From Hyphomicrobiales bacterium (lineage in GTDB: Bacteria; Pseudomonadota; Alphaproteobacteria; Rhizobiales; Afifellaceae): DNA of 64,000 bases. Below are positions 45,281 through 56,244 of this stretch, in pieces (within the stretch, counting starts at the first letter, position 1; each line of letters begins with the position of its first letter). The stretch spans positions 1,289-65,288 of the forward strand of contig JBBQVL010000002.1 of NCBI GenBank assembly GCA_038211615.1, written 5' to 3'. Under the pieces are notes generated by a model that searched no databases, was not told the DNA's origin, and was given only the letters and a program-made list of their open reading frames with translations. The translations under genes and the position numbers were made by a program.

Positions 45281-45816
45281 GCTTGGAGGGCGCAAACCCT
45301 TCTTCCACCGGGCGCCGCGCCGACCGCGCGGCGCTCGGAATCGCGGTGCTGCTTGTCGCCACGGGCGTCATCATCGCCTGGGACATCGCGAACATGCGCA
45401 CCGGCGTCGCGGCCTATTCGCGCGTCGGTCCGCGCGCCTTTCCGTATGCGATCGCAGGCGGACTCGTGGTCCTCGGTGTGCTGACGGCGGTCCAGGCGTT
45501 TCGGGAAGGACAGCAGTCGACCGAGCGCGACGAGGTTGCGCCGATGGCGTGGATCATCGGCGGCCTCGTCCTGCAGATCGTGCTGCTTCCGCTTGCGGGG
45601 TTTGCGATCGCCACTGGCGCGGTCTTCGCCGCGACGGCGAAGGCGTTCGGGCGCGGACGTCTCTGGGTGACGTATCCGGCAGGGGTGGCGATGGCCCTTG
45701 CCATCTGGCTGTTCTTCTCGAAAGGCCTGCAGCTCATCCTTCCGGCGGGGCCGCTCGAAACCGGCGCCGGCCGCGCCGTGGCGGCGCTCTGGGCCGCCCT
45801 CGCCGGCTTCTTCTAA
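45277..45816 (+). CDS. tctB: Tripartite tricarboxylate transporter small membrane protein
   Basis: 179 aa with four TM helices. GTG start overlapping the tctC stop. Confidence 0.8.
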   Translation: MSLEGANPSSTGRRADRAALGIAVLLVATGVIIAWDIANMRTGVAAYSRVGPRAFPYAIAGGLVVLGVLTAVQAFREGQQSTERDEVAPMAWIIGGLVLQIVLLPLAGFAIATGAVFAATAKAFGRGRLWVTYPAGVAMALAIWLFFSKGLQLILPAGPLETGAGRAVAALWAALAGFF

Positions 45817-45831
45817 GGGGGCGGGGCGCGC

Positions 45832-47346
45832 ATGGACACTTTCGCGGCGCTCGGACAGGGGCTGCTCGTCGCGCTGCAGCCGATCAATCTGCTCTATGCG
45901 CTGATCGGCGTCACGCTCGGCACGGCGGTCGGCGTGCTGCCCGGCATCGGACCGGCGCTGACGGTCGCGTTGCTTCTTCCCGTGACGTTCAAGCTCGACC
46001 CCGCCGGCTCGCTGATCATGTTCGCCGGCATCTACTACGGCGGCATGTACGGCGGCTCGACCACCTCGATCCTGCTCAACACGCCGGGCGAGAGTTCCTC
46101 GATCGTCACGGCGCTCGAGGGTAACAAGATGGCCAAGGCAGGCCGCGGCGGCCCGGCTCTGGCGACGGCCGCGATCGGCTCGTTCGTCGCCGGCACGATC
46201 GCGACGATCGCGCTGGCGCTCATCGCGCCATGGGTGGTGAAGGTCGCTCTCGCCTTCGGCCCGTGGGACTATTTTGCGCTGATGGTGCTCGCCTTCACGA
46301 CCGTCTCCGCCGCTTTCGGCGACTCGCGGCTGAAGGGGATCGTGAGCCTCTTCATCGGACTGGCGCTGGGCCTGGTCGGGATCGACCTGCAGACCGGACA
46401 GGCGCGGCTCACGTTCGGCATCCCCGACCTGCTCGACGGCATCGAGGTGACGACGCTGGCGGTCGCGCTCTTCGCGGTCGGCGAGACGCTGTCGGTGGCC
46501 GCGGCCGGCGCTCGCGGCGAGGAGAAGATCGAGCCGGTGAAGGGTTCACTGTGGATGAACCGCGAGGACTGGCGCCGCTCCTGGCTGCCGTGGCTGCGCG
46601 GAACGCTGATCGGCTTTCCAATGGGCGCGATGCCTGCGGGCGGCGCCGAAATCCCGACGTTCCTGTCCTACACGCTGGAGCGGCGGCTGACCAAGCGGCC
46701 GGAGGAGTTCGGGAAGGGGGCGATCGAGGGCGTCGCCGGCCCGGAGGCGGCGAACAACGCCTCGGCGGCAGGCACGCTCGTGCCGCTCCTGACCCTCGGC
46801 CTGCCGACCACGGCGACCGCAGCGATCATGCTGGCGGGATTCCAGCAATATGGGCTGCAGCCGGGTCCGCTCCTCTTCGCCAACAGCCCGAACCTCGTCT
46901 GGGGCCTGATCGCAAGCCTGTTCATCGCCAACATCATGCTTCTGGTGCTGAACCTGCCGCTGATCGGCCTCTGGGTGCGCGTGCTCTCGATCCCGCGCCC
47001 GTGGCTCTATGGCGGCATCCTGACGTTCGCGACGCTTGGCACGATCGGCGCCAATCCCTCGCTGGTGGAGCTCGCGATGCTGCTGATCTTCGGCCTGCTC
47101 GGCTACGGACTGCGCCGCTACGGCTATCCGATCGCTCCGGTCGTCGTGGGGCTGATTCTCGGTCCTCTTTCGGAGCAGCAGCTTCGCCGCGCGCTTGCCA
47201 TCAGCCAGGGCGATCCCTCCGTCCTGGTGCAGTCGTGGATCTCGATCGCGCTCTACGTCATCGCGGCAGCGGCGCTGTTCGGCCCCTGGGCGTGGCGGAT
47301 CCTCCACCCCGAAAGCCATGGCATCCCGCGCGCCGAGGAAGACTGA
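45832..47346 (+). CDS. tctA: Tripartite tricarboxylate transporter large permease
   Basis: 504 aa. GVLPGIGP and NTPGE motifs. Confidence 0.9.
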   Translation: MDTFAALGQGLLVALQPINLLYALIGVTLGTAVGVLPGIGPALTVALLLPVTFKLDPAGSLIMFAGIYYGGMYGGSTTSILLNTPGESSSIVTALEGNKMAKAGRGGPALATAAIGSFVAGTIATIALALIAPWVVKVALAFGPWDYFALMVLAFTTVSAAFGDSRLKGIVSLFIGLALGLVGIDLQTGQARLTFGIPDLLDGIEVTTLAVALFAVGETLSVAAAGARGEEKIEPVKGSLWMNREDWRRSWLPWLRGTLIGFPMGAMPAGGAEIPTFLSYTLERRLTKRPEEFGKGAIEGVAGPEAANNASAAGTLVPLLTLGLPTTATAAIMLAGFQQYGLQPGPLLFANSPNLVWGLIASLFIANIMLLVLNLPLIGLWVRVLSIPRPWLYGGILTFATLGTIGANPSLVELAMLLIFGLLGYGLRRYGYPIAPVVVGLILGPLSEQQLRRALAISQGDPSVLVQSWISIALYVIAAAALFGPWAWRILHPESHGIPRAEED

Positions 47347-47390
47347 ACGCGGTTAAGCTCGCGTGAACCACGCCGGCGTATGATCGCGGC

Positions 47391-47669
47391 ATGTTGGAGA
47401 CAGCCGACCGCCTGGAACCGCTCCGCATCCTCATCGATTCCGACGAGGAGACGGGTCTTGCGCACGCGGAAAACGAGCTGACGAAGTTCCTGTGGGACCT
47501 CCGCGACGCCTCCGAGAAGATCGCCGCGCTGGAGAAGTTGAAGGCGAGGCTCCGGGCCTGGCCGCAGAACAATGTCTCGCGGTTCCTGCTGCTTCGCGTC
47601 GACAGGAAGCTCTACCATCTCGCAGAGCAGGCGATCCGCATTCGCCGCCCGGAAAGCCGCGCCGCCTAG
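47391..47669 (+). CDS. Hypothetical protein (92 aa)
   Basis: GC3 is high on this strand; the competing antisense ORFs are Arg-rich shadows. No family recognised. Confidence 0.45.
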   Translation: MLETADRLEPLRILIDSDEETGLAHAENELTKFLWDLRDASEKIAALEKLKARLRAWPQNNVSRFLLLRVDRKLYHLAEQAIRIRRPESRAA

Positions 47670-47727
47670 CGGAAGCCCGGCCCGAATTCCGGGTCGCACG
47701 AGGAAATTGTTGCGCTGTTTGCCTGCG

Positions 47728-47743
47728 TTAACCGGCGCTTAAC
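47728..47743. promoter_or_regulatory. Perfect CtrA-type box TTAA-N7-TTAAC upstream of minC
   Basis: TTAACCGGCGCTTAAC, 45 nt upstream of the minC start. An extra GTTAAC half-site lies at ~47772. Confidence 0.6.
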
Positions 47744-47787
47744 CAACGCGGCCTCAAATCGTAACGAAGCAGTTAACGAGGCCGTCC

Positions 47788-48579
47788 GTGAACCTCGCCG
47801 TTCAACCCCGCAAGTCACTCCGCTTTCGTGGCCGCTCCTTCATGGCGCTGCTGTTCGCGCCGGAGCCGCCGCTCGACGAGTGGTTCGCAGAGCTCGACGC
47901 CTGGTCGAAGAAGTCGCCGGGCTATTTCATCGGCCGGCCGATCATTCTCGACGTATCGGCGCTGCCGCTCGACAAGGAGGGCCTGGCAAAGCTCATCGCC
48001 GACCTGCACGAGCGCGACATCCGGATCATGGGCGTGGAGGGAACCAAGGCCTCCTGGCTTGGCCTCGGCATGCCGCCGCTCGTCAGCGGCAGCCGCGCGG
48101 CAAGCGTGAGCGATCTTCTGCCGATGCCGTCGGTCGCCGCCGAAGAACCCGCACCGCAGCCGGAAACCTCCGAGGATGCCGCGAAGGCCGCGCCCGACGC
48201 CGCGAAGGATGACGAGGCGGCGCCAACACAATTGCAGCCGCAGCCGCGCGCGGCTTCGCTGCTGCACGACAAGCCGGTGCGCTCCGGGCAGTCGGTGATC
48301 TTCCCGGACGGCGACGTCACCATTCTCGGCTCCGTCGCATCGGGATCGGAGGTCGTCGCCGGCGGCTCCATCCACATCTACGGGACGCTCAGGGGGCGGG
48401 CCATCGCCGGCTCCACGGGCAATTCGACCGCACGCATTTTCTGCAACAAGCTCGAAGCCGAGCTCATCGCCATCGACGGCCTCTACCGTACGGCCGAGGA
48501 CATGGACCCGCAATATCGCAGCCGTCCGGTGCAGGCCTGGCTGGAGGGCGAGACCATGACGATGGCGGCGCTGAGCTAG
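47788..48579 (+). CDS. minC: Septum site-determining protein MinC
   Basis: C-terminal beta-helix (GSEVVAGGSIHIYGTLRGRAIAG). GTG start. Upstream of minDE. Confidence 0.9.
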   Translation: MNLAVQPRKSLRFRGRSFMALLFAPEPPLDEWFAELDAWSKKSPGYFIGRPIILDVSALPLDKEGLAKLIADLHERDIRIMGVEGTKASWLGLGMPPLVSGSRAASVSDLLPMPSVAAEEPAPQPETSEDAAKAAPDAAKDDEAAPTQLQPQPRAASLLHDKPVRSGQSVIFPDGDVTILGSVASGSEVVAGGSIHIYGTLRGRAIAGSTGNSTARIFCNKLEAELIAIDGLYRTAEDMDPQYRSRPVQAWLEGETMTMAALS

Positions 48580-48601
48580 GCATTACAGGAGGGGTAGGAC
48601 T

Positions 48602-49417
48602 ATGGCCAAGGTTCTGGTCGTGACTTCAGGCAAGGGCGGCGTCGGCAAGACGACCTCCACTGCCGCGCTCGGCGCGGCGCTCGCACAGATGGGCAAGAAC
48701 GTCGTCGTCGTGGACTTCGACGTCGGGCTGCGCAACCTCGACCTCGTGATGGGCGCCGAGCGGCGGGTCGTCTACGACCTCATCAACGTGGTGCAGGGCG
48801 ACGCCAAGCTGAACCAGGCGCTGATCCGCGACAAGCGGGTCGAGACGCTTCACCTGCTGCCGGCCTCGCAGACGCGCGACAAGGACGCACTCACGGAAGC
48901 CGGCGTCGAGCGGGTCATGGGCGAGCTGCGCGAAAGGTTCGACTGGGTGATCTGCGACAGCCCGGCCGGGATCGAGCGGGGCGCGACGCTTGCCATGCGG
49001 CACGCCGACGTCGCCGTGGTGGTGACCAACCCGGAAGTCTCGTCGGTGCGCGATTCCGACCGCATCATCGGGCTGCTCGATTCCAAGACGCTGCGCGCCG
49101 AGAAGGGCGAGAAGATGGACAAGCACCTTCTCCTCACCCGCTACGACCCGGCGCGCGCCGAGCGCGGCGAGATGCTGAAGACCGAGGACGTGCTGGAGAT
49201 CCTCTCCATCCCGCTGCTCGGCATCATCCCGGAGAGCCAGGAGGTGCTGCGCGCCTCGAACGTCGGCTCGCCGATCACCATCGCCAACCCGCTCTCCGCC
49301 GCCGCGCGCGCCTACGCCGACGCAGCGCGGCGCCTCACGGGCGAGACCGTCGACCTCACCATCCCGACCGACAGGAGGAGCTTGTTCGGCAAGCTGTTCA
49401 CGCGGAGGGCGGCATGA
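48602..49417 (+). CDS. minD: Septum site-determining ATPase MinD
   Basis: Deviant Walker [11 protein letters not shown] and a C-terminal amphipathic helix. Confidence 0.97.
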   Translation: MAKVLVVTSGKGGVGKTTSTAALGAALAQMGKNVVVVDFDVGLRNLDLVMGAERRVVYDLINVVQGDAKLNQALIRDKRVETLHLLPASQTRDKDALTEAGVERVMGELRERFDWVICDSPAGIERGATLAMRHADVAVVVTNPEVSSVRDSDRIIGLLDSKTLRAEKGEKMDKHLLLTRYDPARAERGEMLKTEDVLEILSIPLLGIIPESQEVLRASNVGSPITIANPLSAAARAYADAARRLTGETVDLTIPTDRRSLFGKLFTRRAA

Positions 49418-49725
49418 ACTTCCTCTTCAACCTGTTCAGGAAGGAGCCGTCCGCGCCCGTCGCGCGCGACCGGCTGCAAATCCTGCTCTCGCATGAACGG
49501 ACCATCGCGGGTGGGTCCGACCTGGTCGCGCTGCTCCGCGAGGAAATCCTCGCGGTGATCAAGAAGCACGTGCAGGTCGATTCCAACAAGGTGCAGGTCA
49601 AGATGGAGCGGGGCGAATCGGTGTCGATGCTGGAGGTCGATATCGAGATCCCGACTCCGACGGTGAAGAAGAAAGCCGCCTCGAAGCCAAAGGTCGCTGC
49701 GACGGCCGCGACGGCTGCTTCGTAG
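49414..49725 (+). CDS. minE: Cell division topological specificity factor MinE
   Basis: N-terminal [10 protein letters not shown] ... [17 protein letters not shown] overlap with minD. Confidence 0.95.
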   Translation: MNFLFNLFRKEPSAPVARDRLQILLSHERTIAGGSDLVALLREEILAVIKKHVQVDSNKVQVKMERGESVSMLEVDIEIPTPTVKKKAASKPKVAATAATAAS

Positions 49726-49734
49726 GGAAGAAAG

Positions 49735-49836
49735 CTCCCTCTCCCCCCTTGCGGTGGAGAGACGGAGAGAGGGGAAAGACGCTGCTGCGAGGCCCTTCCC
49801 CCCTCCCTGACCCTCCCCCGCAAGGGGGGAGGGAAG
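49735..49836. repeat. Family C GC-rich hairpin pair (intergenic)
   Basis: CTCCCTCTCCCCCCTTGCGGTGGAGAGACGGAGAGAGGGG and CCCTTCCCCCCTCCCTGACCCTCCCCCGCAAGGGGGGAGGGAAG, between convergent minE and the SDR gene. Confidence 0.8.
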
Positions 49837-49840
49837 AACG

Positions 49841-50692
49841 CTACGACCGCATGTATTCCGCGAACGCGTCCTTGTAATCCGGATGCCAGCGCGAGAGCGC
49901 GGGGCGGTTCCGAACGACATCGTCCATTGCCCAGCGCATCCGCTTCTCGTCCGTCGGCCGCGCCACGTCGTTGTCGGGGCAGAGGATGTAGAAGTCGCCG
50001 GCCTCAAGACTCTTCAGCATGAAGTCCACCACCTCTTCCGGCGTCCACGCCGCGGCCGGCTTTTCCGTGCGGTCGCCCTTCGTGAGCGTCGTGTAGGTGA
50101 AACCCGGAATGAGGAGATGAGCCGTGATCGCGCAGCCCTCGATATTGCGAACCTCGTGCGCCAGCGCTTCGGTCACGACCTTCACCCCGGCCTTCGAGAG
50201 ATTGTAGGCGGTCTCGCCGGGCGGGCAGGTGATGCCCTGCTTCGATCCGGTGTTGACGATCGCGCCGGCGGTCTTTTGCGCGATCATCGCGGGCCCGAAC
50301 ACCTGCACGCCGTTGATGACGCCCCAGAGGTTGGTGTCGAGGATGGCCTTCCAGCGATCGGGATCGCCGAAGAGCCCAGCGCCGCCGCCGCCGCGGCCGG
50401 CATTGTTCATGAGGAAGTCGACGGCGCCGAAGGCCTCGTAGGCGCGCGCCTTCAGCCGCTCGACATCCTCGCGCTTCGCGACGTCCGTTGGCACGCCGAT
50501 CACGTCGCCCGGCCGGCCGGCGCGGCGCGACACGCTCGCGACGGCCGTCTCGAGTGCCGCGACATTCGCGTCGGCCATGCAGACCTTCATGCCGAAATCG
50601 ACGAAGCGCTCCGCCGCCGCGAGGCCGATGCCGCTCGCCGCGCCGGTGATGACGGCGACGCGGCCTTTTTCGAGGGCGGGGTGATGCGGCAT
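49841..50692 (-). CDS. SDR-family oxidoreductase
   Basis: TGAASGIG cofactor motif, NNAG, catalytic YNLSK. Confidence 0.85.
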   Translation of the reverse strand: MPHHPALEKGRVAVITGAASGIGLAAAERFVDFGMKVCMADANVAALETAVASVSRRAGRPGDVIGVPTDVAKREDVERLKARAYEAFGAVDFLMNNAGRGGGGAGLFGDPDRWKAILDTNLWGVINGVQVFGPAMIAQKTAGAIVNTGSKQGITCPPGETAYNLSKAGVKVVTEALAHEVRNIEGCAITAHLLIPGFTYTTLTKGDRTEKPAAAWTPEEVVDFMLKSLEAGDFYILCPDNDVARPTDEKRMRWAMDDVVRNRPALSRWHPDYKDAFAEYMRS

Positions 50693-50910
50693 TTTTCCGC
50701 TCCTTCAGATCGCAGGCCTATCGTCGTTCGCATGGCGAGGAGCGGGATACAATCGATCGCGGCCCTCGCTTCGCCAAAGGCTAGGCCCGGCGCGCGGCAT
50801 TGGGGAACGCGCGTTAACGCGTCATTCAGCCTAGTTTTGGTTCGTTAAAAAGATCAACGAATTTTCCGCTCCTCGCTCCCATCTTCGGGTGTGCCCCAAG
50901 AATCGGAGAT

Positions 50911-52644
50911 GTGAAGCGGACCATGCCGAAGTCAACATCGCGCGTCTGGCGCAAATTCACTCGCGACGAACGCGGCAACATAATCATCCTGTTCGGAGTG
51001 TTGCTGGTTCCGCTCGTCCTTCTCCTTGGCGGCTCGGCTGACCTTGCCCGCTTCACCCGCTACAAGTCCCAGCTTTCAAACGCGGTCGACGCCGCCTCGC
51101 TCGCTCTCGCGCGTCGCGGGGAGGACATGTCGGAATCCGAGGCGACGACCTTCGTCAATACCTACCTCGGCGCCTTCAAGCTCGAGGGCTCGGAATTCAA
51201 GATCACCGGCCTCGACGTGAAGAAGACCGACAAGGGCTTCCGGGTATCGGCCGACGGGGCCATGCACACGATCTTCCTCCCGCTCGGCGCTCTCACCGGC
51301 GACGGCCGTTCGATATCCTCGATGAAGATGGATATCGTCAGCGAGGTGGTTCACTCCTCCAACCGGGTCGAACTGGCGCTTGTGCTCGACAACACCGGGT
51401 CGATGAATTGCGCCGATGTCGTGTCGAGCTCCTGCACCGGGCGGTGGAGCAACCCCGCCTCGAACAGCCGCATCGTGGCGCTGAAGAGCGCCGCCAGCAA
51501 ACTGCTCGACACGCTGATGACGGACAGCGCGGTGCGGGACGGCCTCGTGAAGGTCGGCGTCGTGCCGTTCGAGGGCGCGGTCAACATCAAGAATTCCAGC
51601 CTCGACTATTCGTGGCTCGACTGGAACGACGTGGGCCGCGCGAGCGCCAACGGGGCGAACTTCGACAACTACGATATCGATACGAGCAACGACAGCTGCA
51701 GCAGAAGGAGCTGCAGCGAGACGGCGGAGCGCGTCGGAAACAAGTGGCTGTTCGACCAGCTCAGGAAGAACGATTCCAATGTGGATTGGGCGGGCTGCGT
51801 CGAGATGCGCGCGGCGCCCTACGACCAGAACGTCGCGGCGCCGACCGCATCAAACCCCGACACGCTGTTCGTGCCGTTCTTCTGGCCGGACGAGCCGGAC
51901 AGCGACAACGACAATGGCGACAGCTACTCGAACGACTATCTCGACGACATCACCAGCGCCAACGGCAGCGGCGCCCAGCGATATACGCAGAAATATCTGT
52001 CCACCAAGGTGAAGTGGCACTCGGGCAAGAAGGACACGACGCTTCCCTACGAGAGCGGGCCGAACTACGGCTGCCCGCGTCCGCTGCTGCCGCTCACTGA
52101 CAGCAAGAGCTCGGTCAAGGCGGCGATCGACGACATGATTGCCTATCCGGCGATGGGCACCTTCATTCCCACCGGACTCGCCTGGGGCTGGCGGGTGCTT
52201 TCCCCGCAGCCCCCGTTCACGCAGGGAATAGCGCCGGGCGATGAGCACTACAGCCAGACCGTCAAGGCGCTTGTGCTGCTGACCGATGGCGAGAACTCCG
52301 TCACCGCCGCGAACAACCACAACAAGTCGATCTTCAGTGCGTACAATTACACGGGAACCTCGGTGGACGGCGCGTATCGACTGGGCTCGAGCAACGCCTC
52401 AGCCGCGGAAGCCAACCTCAACACCAAGACCTCGACCCTTTGCCAGAACGTCAAGAATGCCGGCATCCGCCTCTATACGATCACGTTCGGGTCCATTCCG
52501 AGCGCGGCCGCGACGCTCATGCGCAACTGCGCCAGCGTCGACAAGGGCGAGTCGCTCTACTACCACGCGCCGAGCAACGCGGACCTGCAGAATATCTTCG
52601 CGTCAATCGGGCAGGATCTCAGCGAGATTCATCTCTCGATGTGA
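50911..52644 (+). CDS. TadE/TadG-like N-terminal domain plus von Willebrand A domain protein
   Basis: RDERGNIIILFGVLLVPLVLLLGGSADL (Tad-type pseudopilin-like N-terminus) and MIDAS VLDNTGSM. Start may be 50923. Confidence 0.8.
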   Translation: MKRTMPKSTSRVWRKFTRDERGNIIILFGVLLVPLVLLLGGSADLARFTRYKSQLSNAVDAASLALARRGEDMSESEATTFVNTYLGAFKLEGSEFKITGLDVKKTDKGFRVSADGAMHTIFLPLGALTGDGRSISSMKMDIVSEVVHSSNRVELALVLDNTGSMNCADVVSSSCTGRWSNPASNSRIVALKSAASKLLDTLMTDSAVRDGLVKVGVVPFEGAVNIKNSSLDYSWLDWNDVGRASANGANFDNYDIDTSNDSCSRRSCSETAERVGNKWLFDQLRKNDSNVDWAGCVEMRAAPYDQNVAAPTASNPDTLFVPFFWPDEPDSDNDNGDSYSNDYLDDITSANGSGAQRYTQKYLSTKVKWHSGKKDTTLPYESGPNYGCPRPLLPLTDSKSSVKAAIDDMIAYPAMGTFIPTGLAWGWRVLSPQPPFTQGIAPGDEHYSQTVKALVLLTDGENSVTAANNHNKSIFSAYNYTGTSVDGAYRLGSSNASAAEANLNTKTSTLCQNVKNAGIRLYTITFGSIPSAAATLMRNCASVDKGESLYYHAPSNADLQNIFASIGQDLSEIHLSM

Positions 52645-52743
52645 GGGAGCGGGCCGGATGTTCCGGCCATCTCTCGATGTGAGGGAGCGGGCCGGATGTT
52701 CCGGCCATCTTTCGATGCAAAAGAGCGGGCCGGGTGTTCCGGC
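52630..52743. repeat. Tandem 38-bp repeat, 3 units (third diverged), spanning the stop codon of the TadG-like gene
   Basis: CATCTCTCGATGTGAGGGAGCGGGCCGGATGTTCCGGC occurs twice exactly (52630-52667, 52668-52705), followed by a diverged unit at 52706-52743. Confidence 0.9.
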
Positions 52744-52755
52744 CCGCCCTGTCAT
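52725..52755 (-). terminator. Rho-independent terminator for the DJ-1/PfpI gene (lies in repeat unit 3)
   Basis: The minus strand reads GCGGGCCGG-aacac-CCGGCCCGC followed by TCTTTTGC. Confidence 0.65.
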
Positions 52756-52769
52756 GGAACAGCTCGATC

Positions 52770-53384
52770 TCAGGCGGCCTTTGCCTTCGGCGCGGGCGCG
52801 GCGTGGCGGATCTCGGTGCCGAGGACCTGCAGGCAGTTCTTCATGAACGCCGCGAGGCCCGGCCAGCCCTTGGCGGAGACGAGCTTGCCATCCATGTGCG
52901 CGCCATCCGGCGGCACGTCGATGTAGATGCCGCCGACCGCCGTCACTTCCGGCTCGCAGTACTGAAGCGCCGCGACTTCCTTGCCGCGGATCGTTTCCGG
53001 CACCGCCATCAGCACCTGCACGCCGTGGCAGATGGTGAAGATCGGCTTGTCGGTCTCATGGAAGTGGCGGATCATCGCCTGCACGCGCTTGTCGATGCGG
53101 ATATATTCCGGACCGCGCCCGCCAGCCACATAGACCGCGTCGTAGTCCGCGACCTTCACGTCGGAGAAGCTCTTCTTCAGCGGAAAAAGGTGCCCCGGCT
53201 TCTCGGTGTAGCTCTTGTCGCCCTCAAAATCGTGCAGCGAGGTCTTGAGGTTCTCGCCAGCCTTCCTGTCGGGGCAGACGACATCGACCTGATGGCCGAC
53301 CGCCATCATGCCCTGCTCGAACACGAAGATCTCGTATTCCTCGCTGAAGTCGCCGGTCAGCATCAGGATTTTCTTGCCATTCAT
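52770..53384 (-). CDS. DJ-1/PfpI-family protein
   Basis: Nucleophile elbow FTICHGVQVL. 204 aa. Confidence 0.9.
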   Translation of the reverse strand: MNGKKILMLTGDFSEEYEIFVFEQGMMAVGHQVDVVCPDRKAGENLKTSLHDFEGDKSYTEKPGHLFPLKKSFSDVKVADYDAVYVAGGRGPEYIRIDKRVQAMIRHFHETDKPIFTICHGVQVLMAVPETIRGKEVAALQYCEPEVTAVGGIYIDVPPDGAHMDGKLVSAKGWPGLAAFMKNCLQVLGTEIRHAAPAPKAKAA

Positions 53385-53580
53385 GTCGTGCGCTCCCTTT
53401 TCCTCGATTGGTTGCCCCGCCTCGCGGCGGACAATGATGCGCGCTTTCTAGCACAAACCTCCGGGCCGCTCCTACCTCCCAGAGAAGCGGAATCGCAGGC
53501 CGGGCCGGCCGCGCAATTGACATATTCCGCCGGGCCCGGCTAACTCCGCGAACCCCCATAGAGGGGACAGGAGGAAACAA

Positions 53581-54543
53581 ATGAATCGCTTTTCGAAGAT
53601 GGCGCTGCTTGCGGGCGCCGTTGGCCTTGCGATGTCGGTCGGCGCTCCGGCGCAGGCGGCGGGCAAGCACCTCACCATCCTGATGTCCGTGCCGGACATG
53701 GCGTTCCCGTTCTTCGTGCACATGATGGACGCCGTTAAGGCCGAAGCGACGAAGCTCGGCGACATCGACATCGTCGAGAGCGACGGCCAGCGCTCCTCGC
53801 CGAAGCAGACCGCTGACGTCGAGGCGGCGATCACCAAGGGCGTCGACGGCATCGTCATCTCCCCGAACGAGGTGGACGCGCTCGCCCCGGCGCTGCAGGA
53901 AGCCGTGGACGCCAAGGTCCCGGTGGTCACCATCGACCGCCGCGTCGACGCGGTGAGCGGAATCCTGGCGCATGTCGGCGCCGACAACGTGAAGGGCGGC
54001 GAGGCGCAGGCCGAGCTGATCATGAAGCTCTTCCCGAACGGTGCGAACGTGATGAACCTGCAGGGCCAGTCGGGCGCCTCGCCGGCGATCGACCGCAACA
54101 AGGGTCTGCACAACGTGCTCGACAAGGCCGCCGACAAGTACAAGTTCGTGTTCGAGGACACCGCCGGCTTCGACCGCGCGAAGGGCCAGACCATGACCGA
54201 GTCCGCGCTCGCCGCCATGTCGACCCCGCCGGACGTCATCGTCTGCGCCAACGACGACATGGCGCTCGGCGCGCTGGAGGCCCTTAAGGACCGCAACCTC
54301 GCCGGCAAGGTCGTGCTGATCGGCTTCGACGCGCTGCCTGAGGCGCTGAAGCAGATCCAGGACGGCAATCTGACCGCCACGATCGAGCAGATGCCGGGCG
54401 GCCAGACGAGCGGCGCGCTCGACGCGCTGGTGGCATTCCTGCGCGACGGCGCGCAGCCGGCGCAGCAGGTGACGCTGCTCACCCCGATCGCGATCACCAA
54501 GGACAACATCCAGCAGGCCGAGCGCATCGGCGAGGTGAAGTAG
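53581..54543 (+). CDS. Sugar ABC transporter periplasmic binding protein (ribose-binding-protein type)
   Basis: Signal peptide, Peripla_BP pattern (VVTIDR, GADNVKGG, ANDDMALGA). AGGAGGA Shine-Dalgarno sequence. Confidence 0.9.
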   Translation: MNRFSKMALLAGAVGLAMSVGAPAQAAGKHLTILMSVPDMAFPFFVHMMDAVKAEATKLGDIDIVESDGQRSSPKQTADVEAAITKGVDGIVISPNEVDALAPALQEAVDAKVPVVTIDRRVDAVSGILAHVGADNVKGGEAQAELIMKLFPNGANVMNLQGQSGASPAIDRNKGLHNVLDKAADKYKFVFEDTAGFDRAKGQTMTESALAAMSTPPDVIVCANDDMALGALEALKDRNLAGKVVLIGFDALPEALKQIQDGNLTATIEQMPGGQTSGALDALVAFLRDGAQPAQQVTLLTPIAITKDNIQQAERIGEVK

Positions 54544-54565
54544 GGCCTCGACGATTGTGGTGTGG

Positions 54566-54671
54566 CGCCCCTCCCCCCTGTGGGGTGGGGTTGGGGAGGG
54601 GTTTCTCCGCTCCACCCTACGTTTGACGCCCCTCACCCAGACCCTCTCCCCACGAGGGGGAGAGGGTGGAG
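54566..54671. repeat. Family C GC-rich hairpin pair (intergenic)
   Basis: GCGCCCCTCCCCCCTGTGGGGTGGGGTTGGGGAGGGGT and CTCCACCCT...CCCTCTCCCCACGAGGGGGAGAGGGTGGAG, between the binding-protein and ATPase genes. Confidence 0.8.
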
Positions 54672-54693
54672 CGTTTCCGGCGAGGATAGCTCG

Positions 54694-56220
<1,527 letters not shown>

Positions 56221-56244
56221 GCCGTAAAGCGCGGGGAAAACATA

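Noticed and set aside
52630-52743. CRISPR array
   Set aside because: The three units are contiguous with no spacers, and there are no cas genes. It is a tandem duplication.
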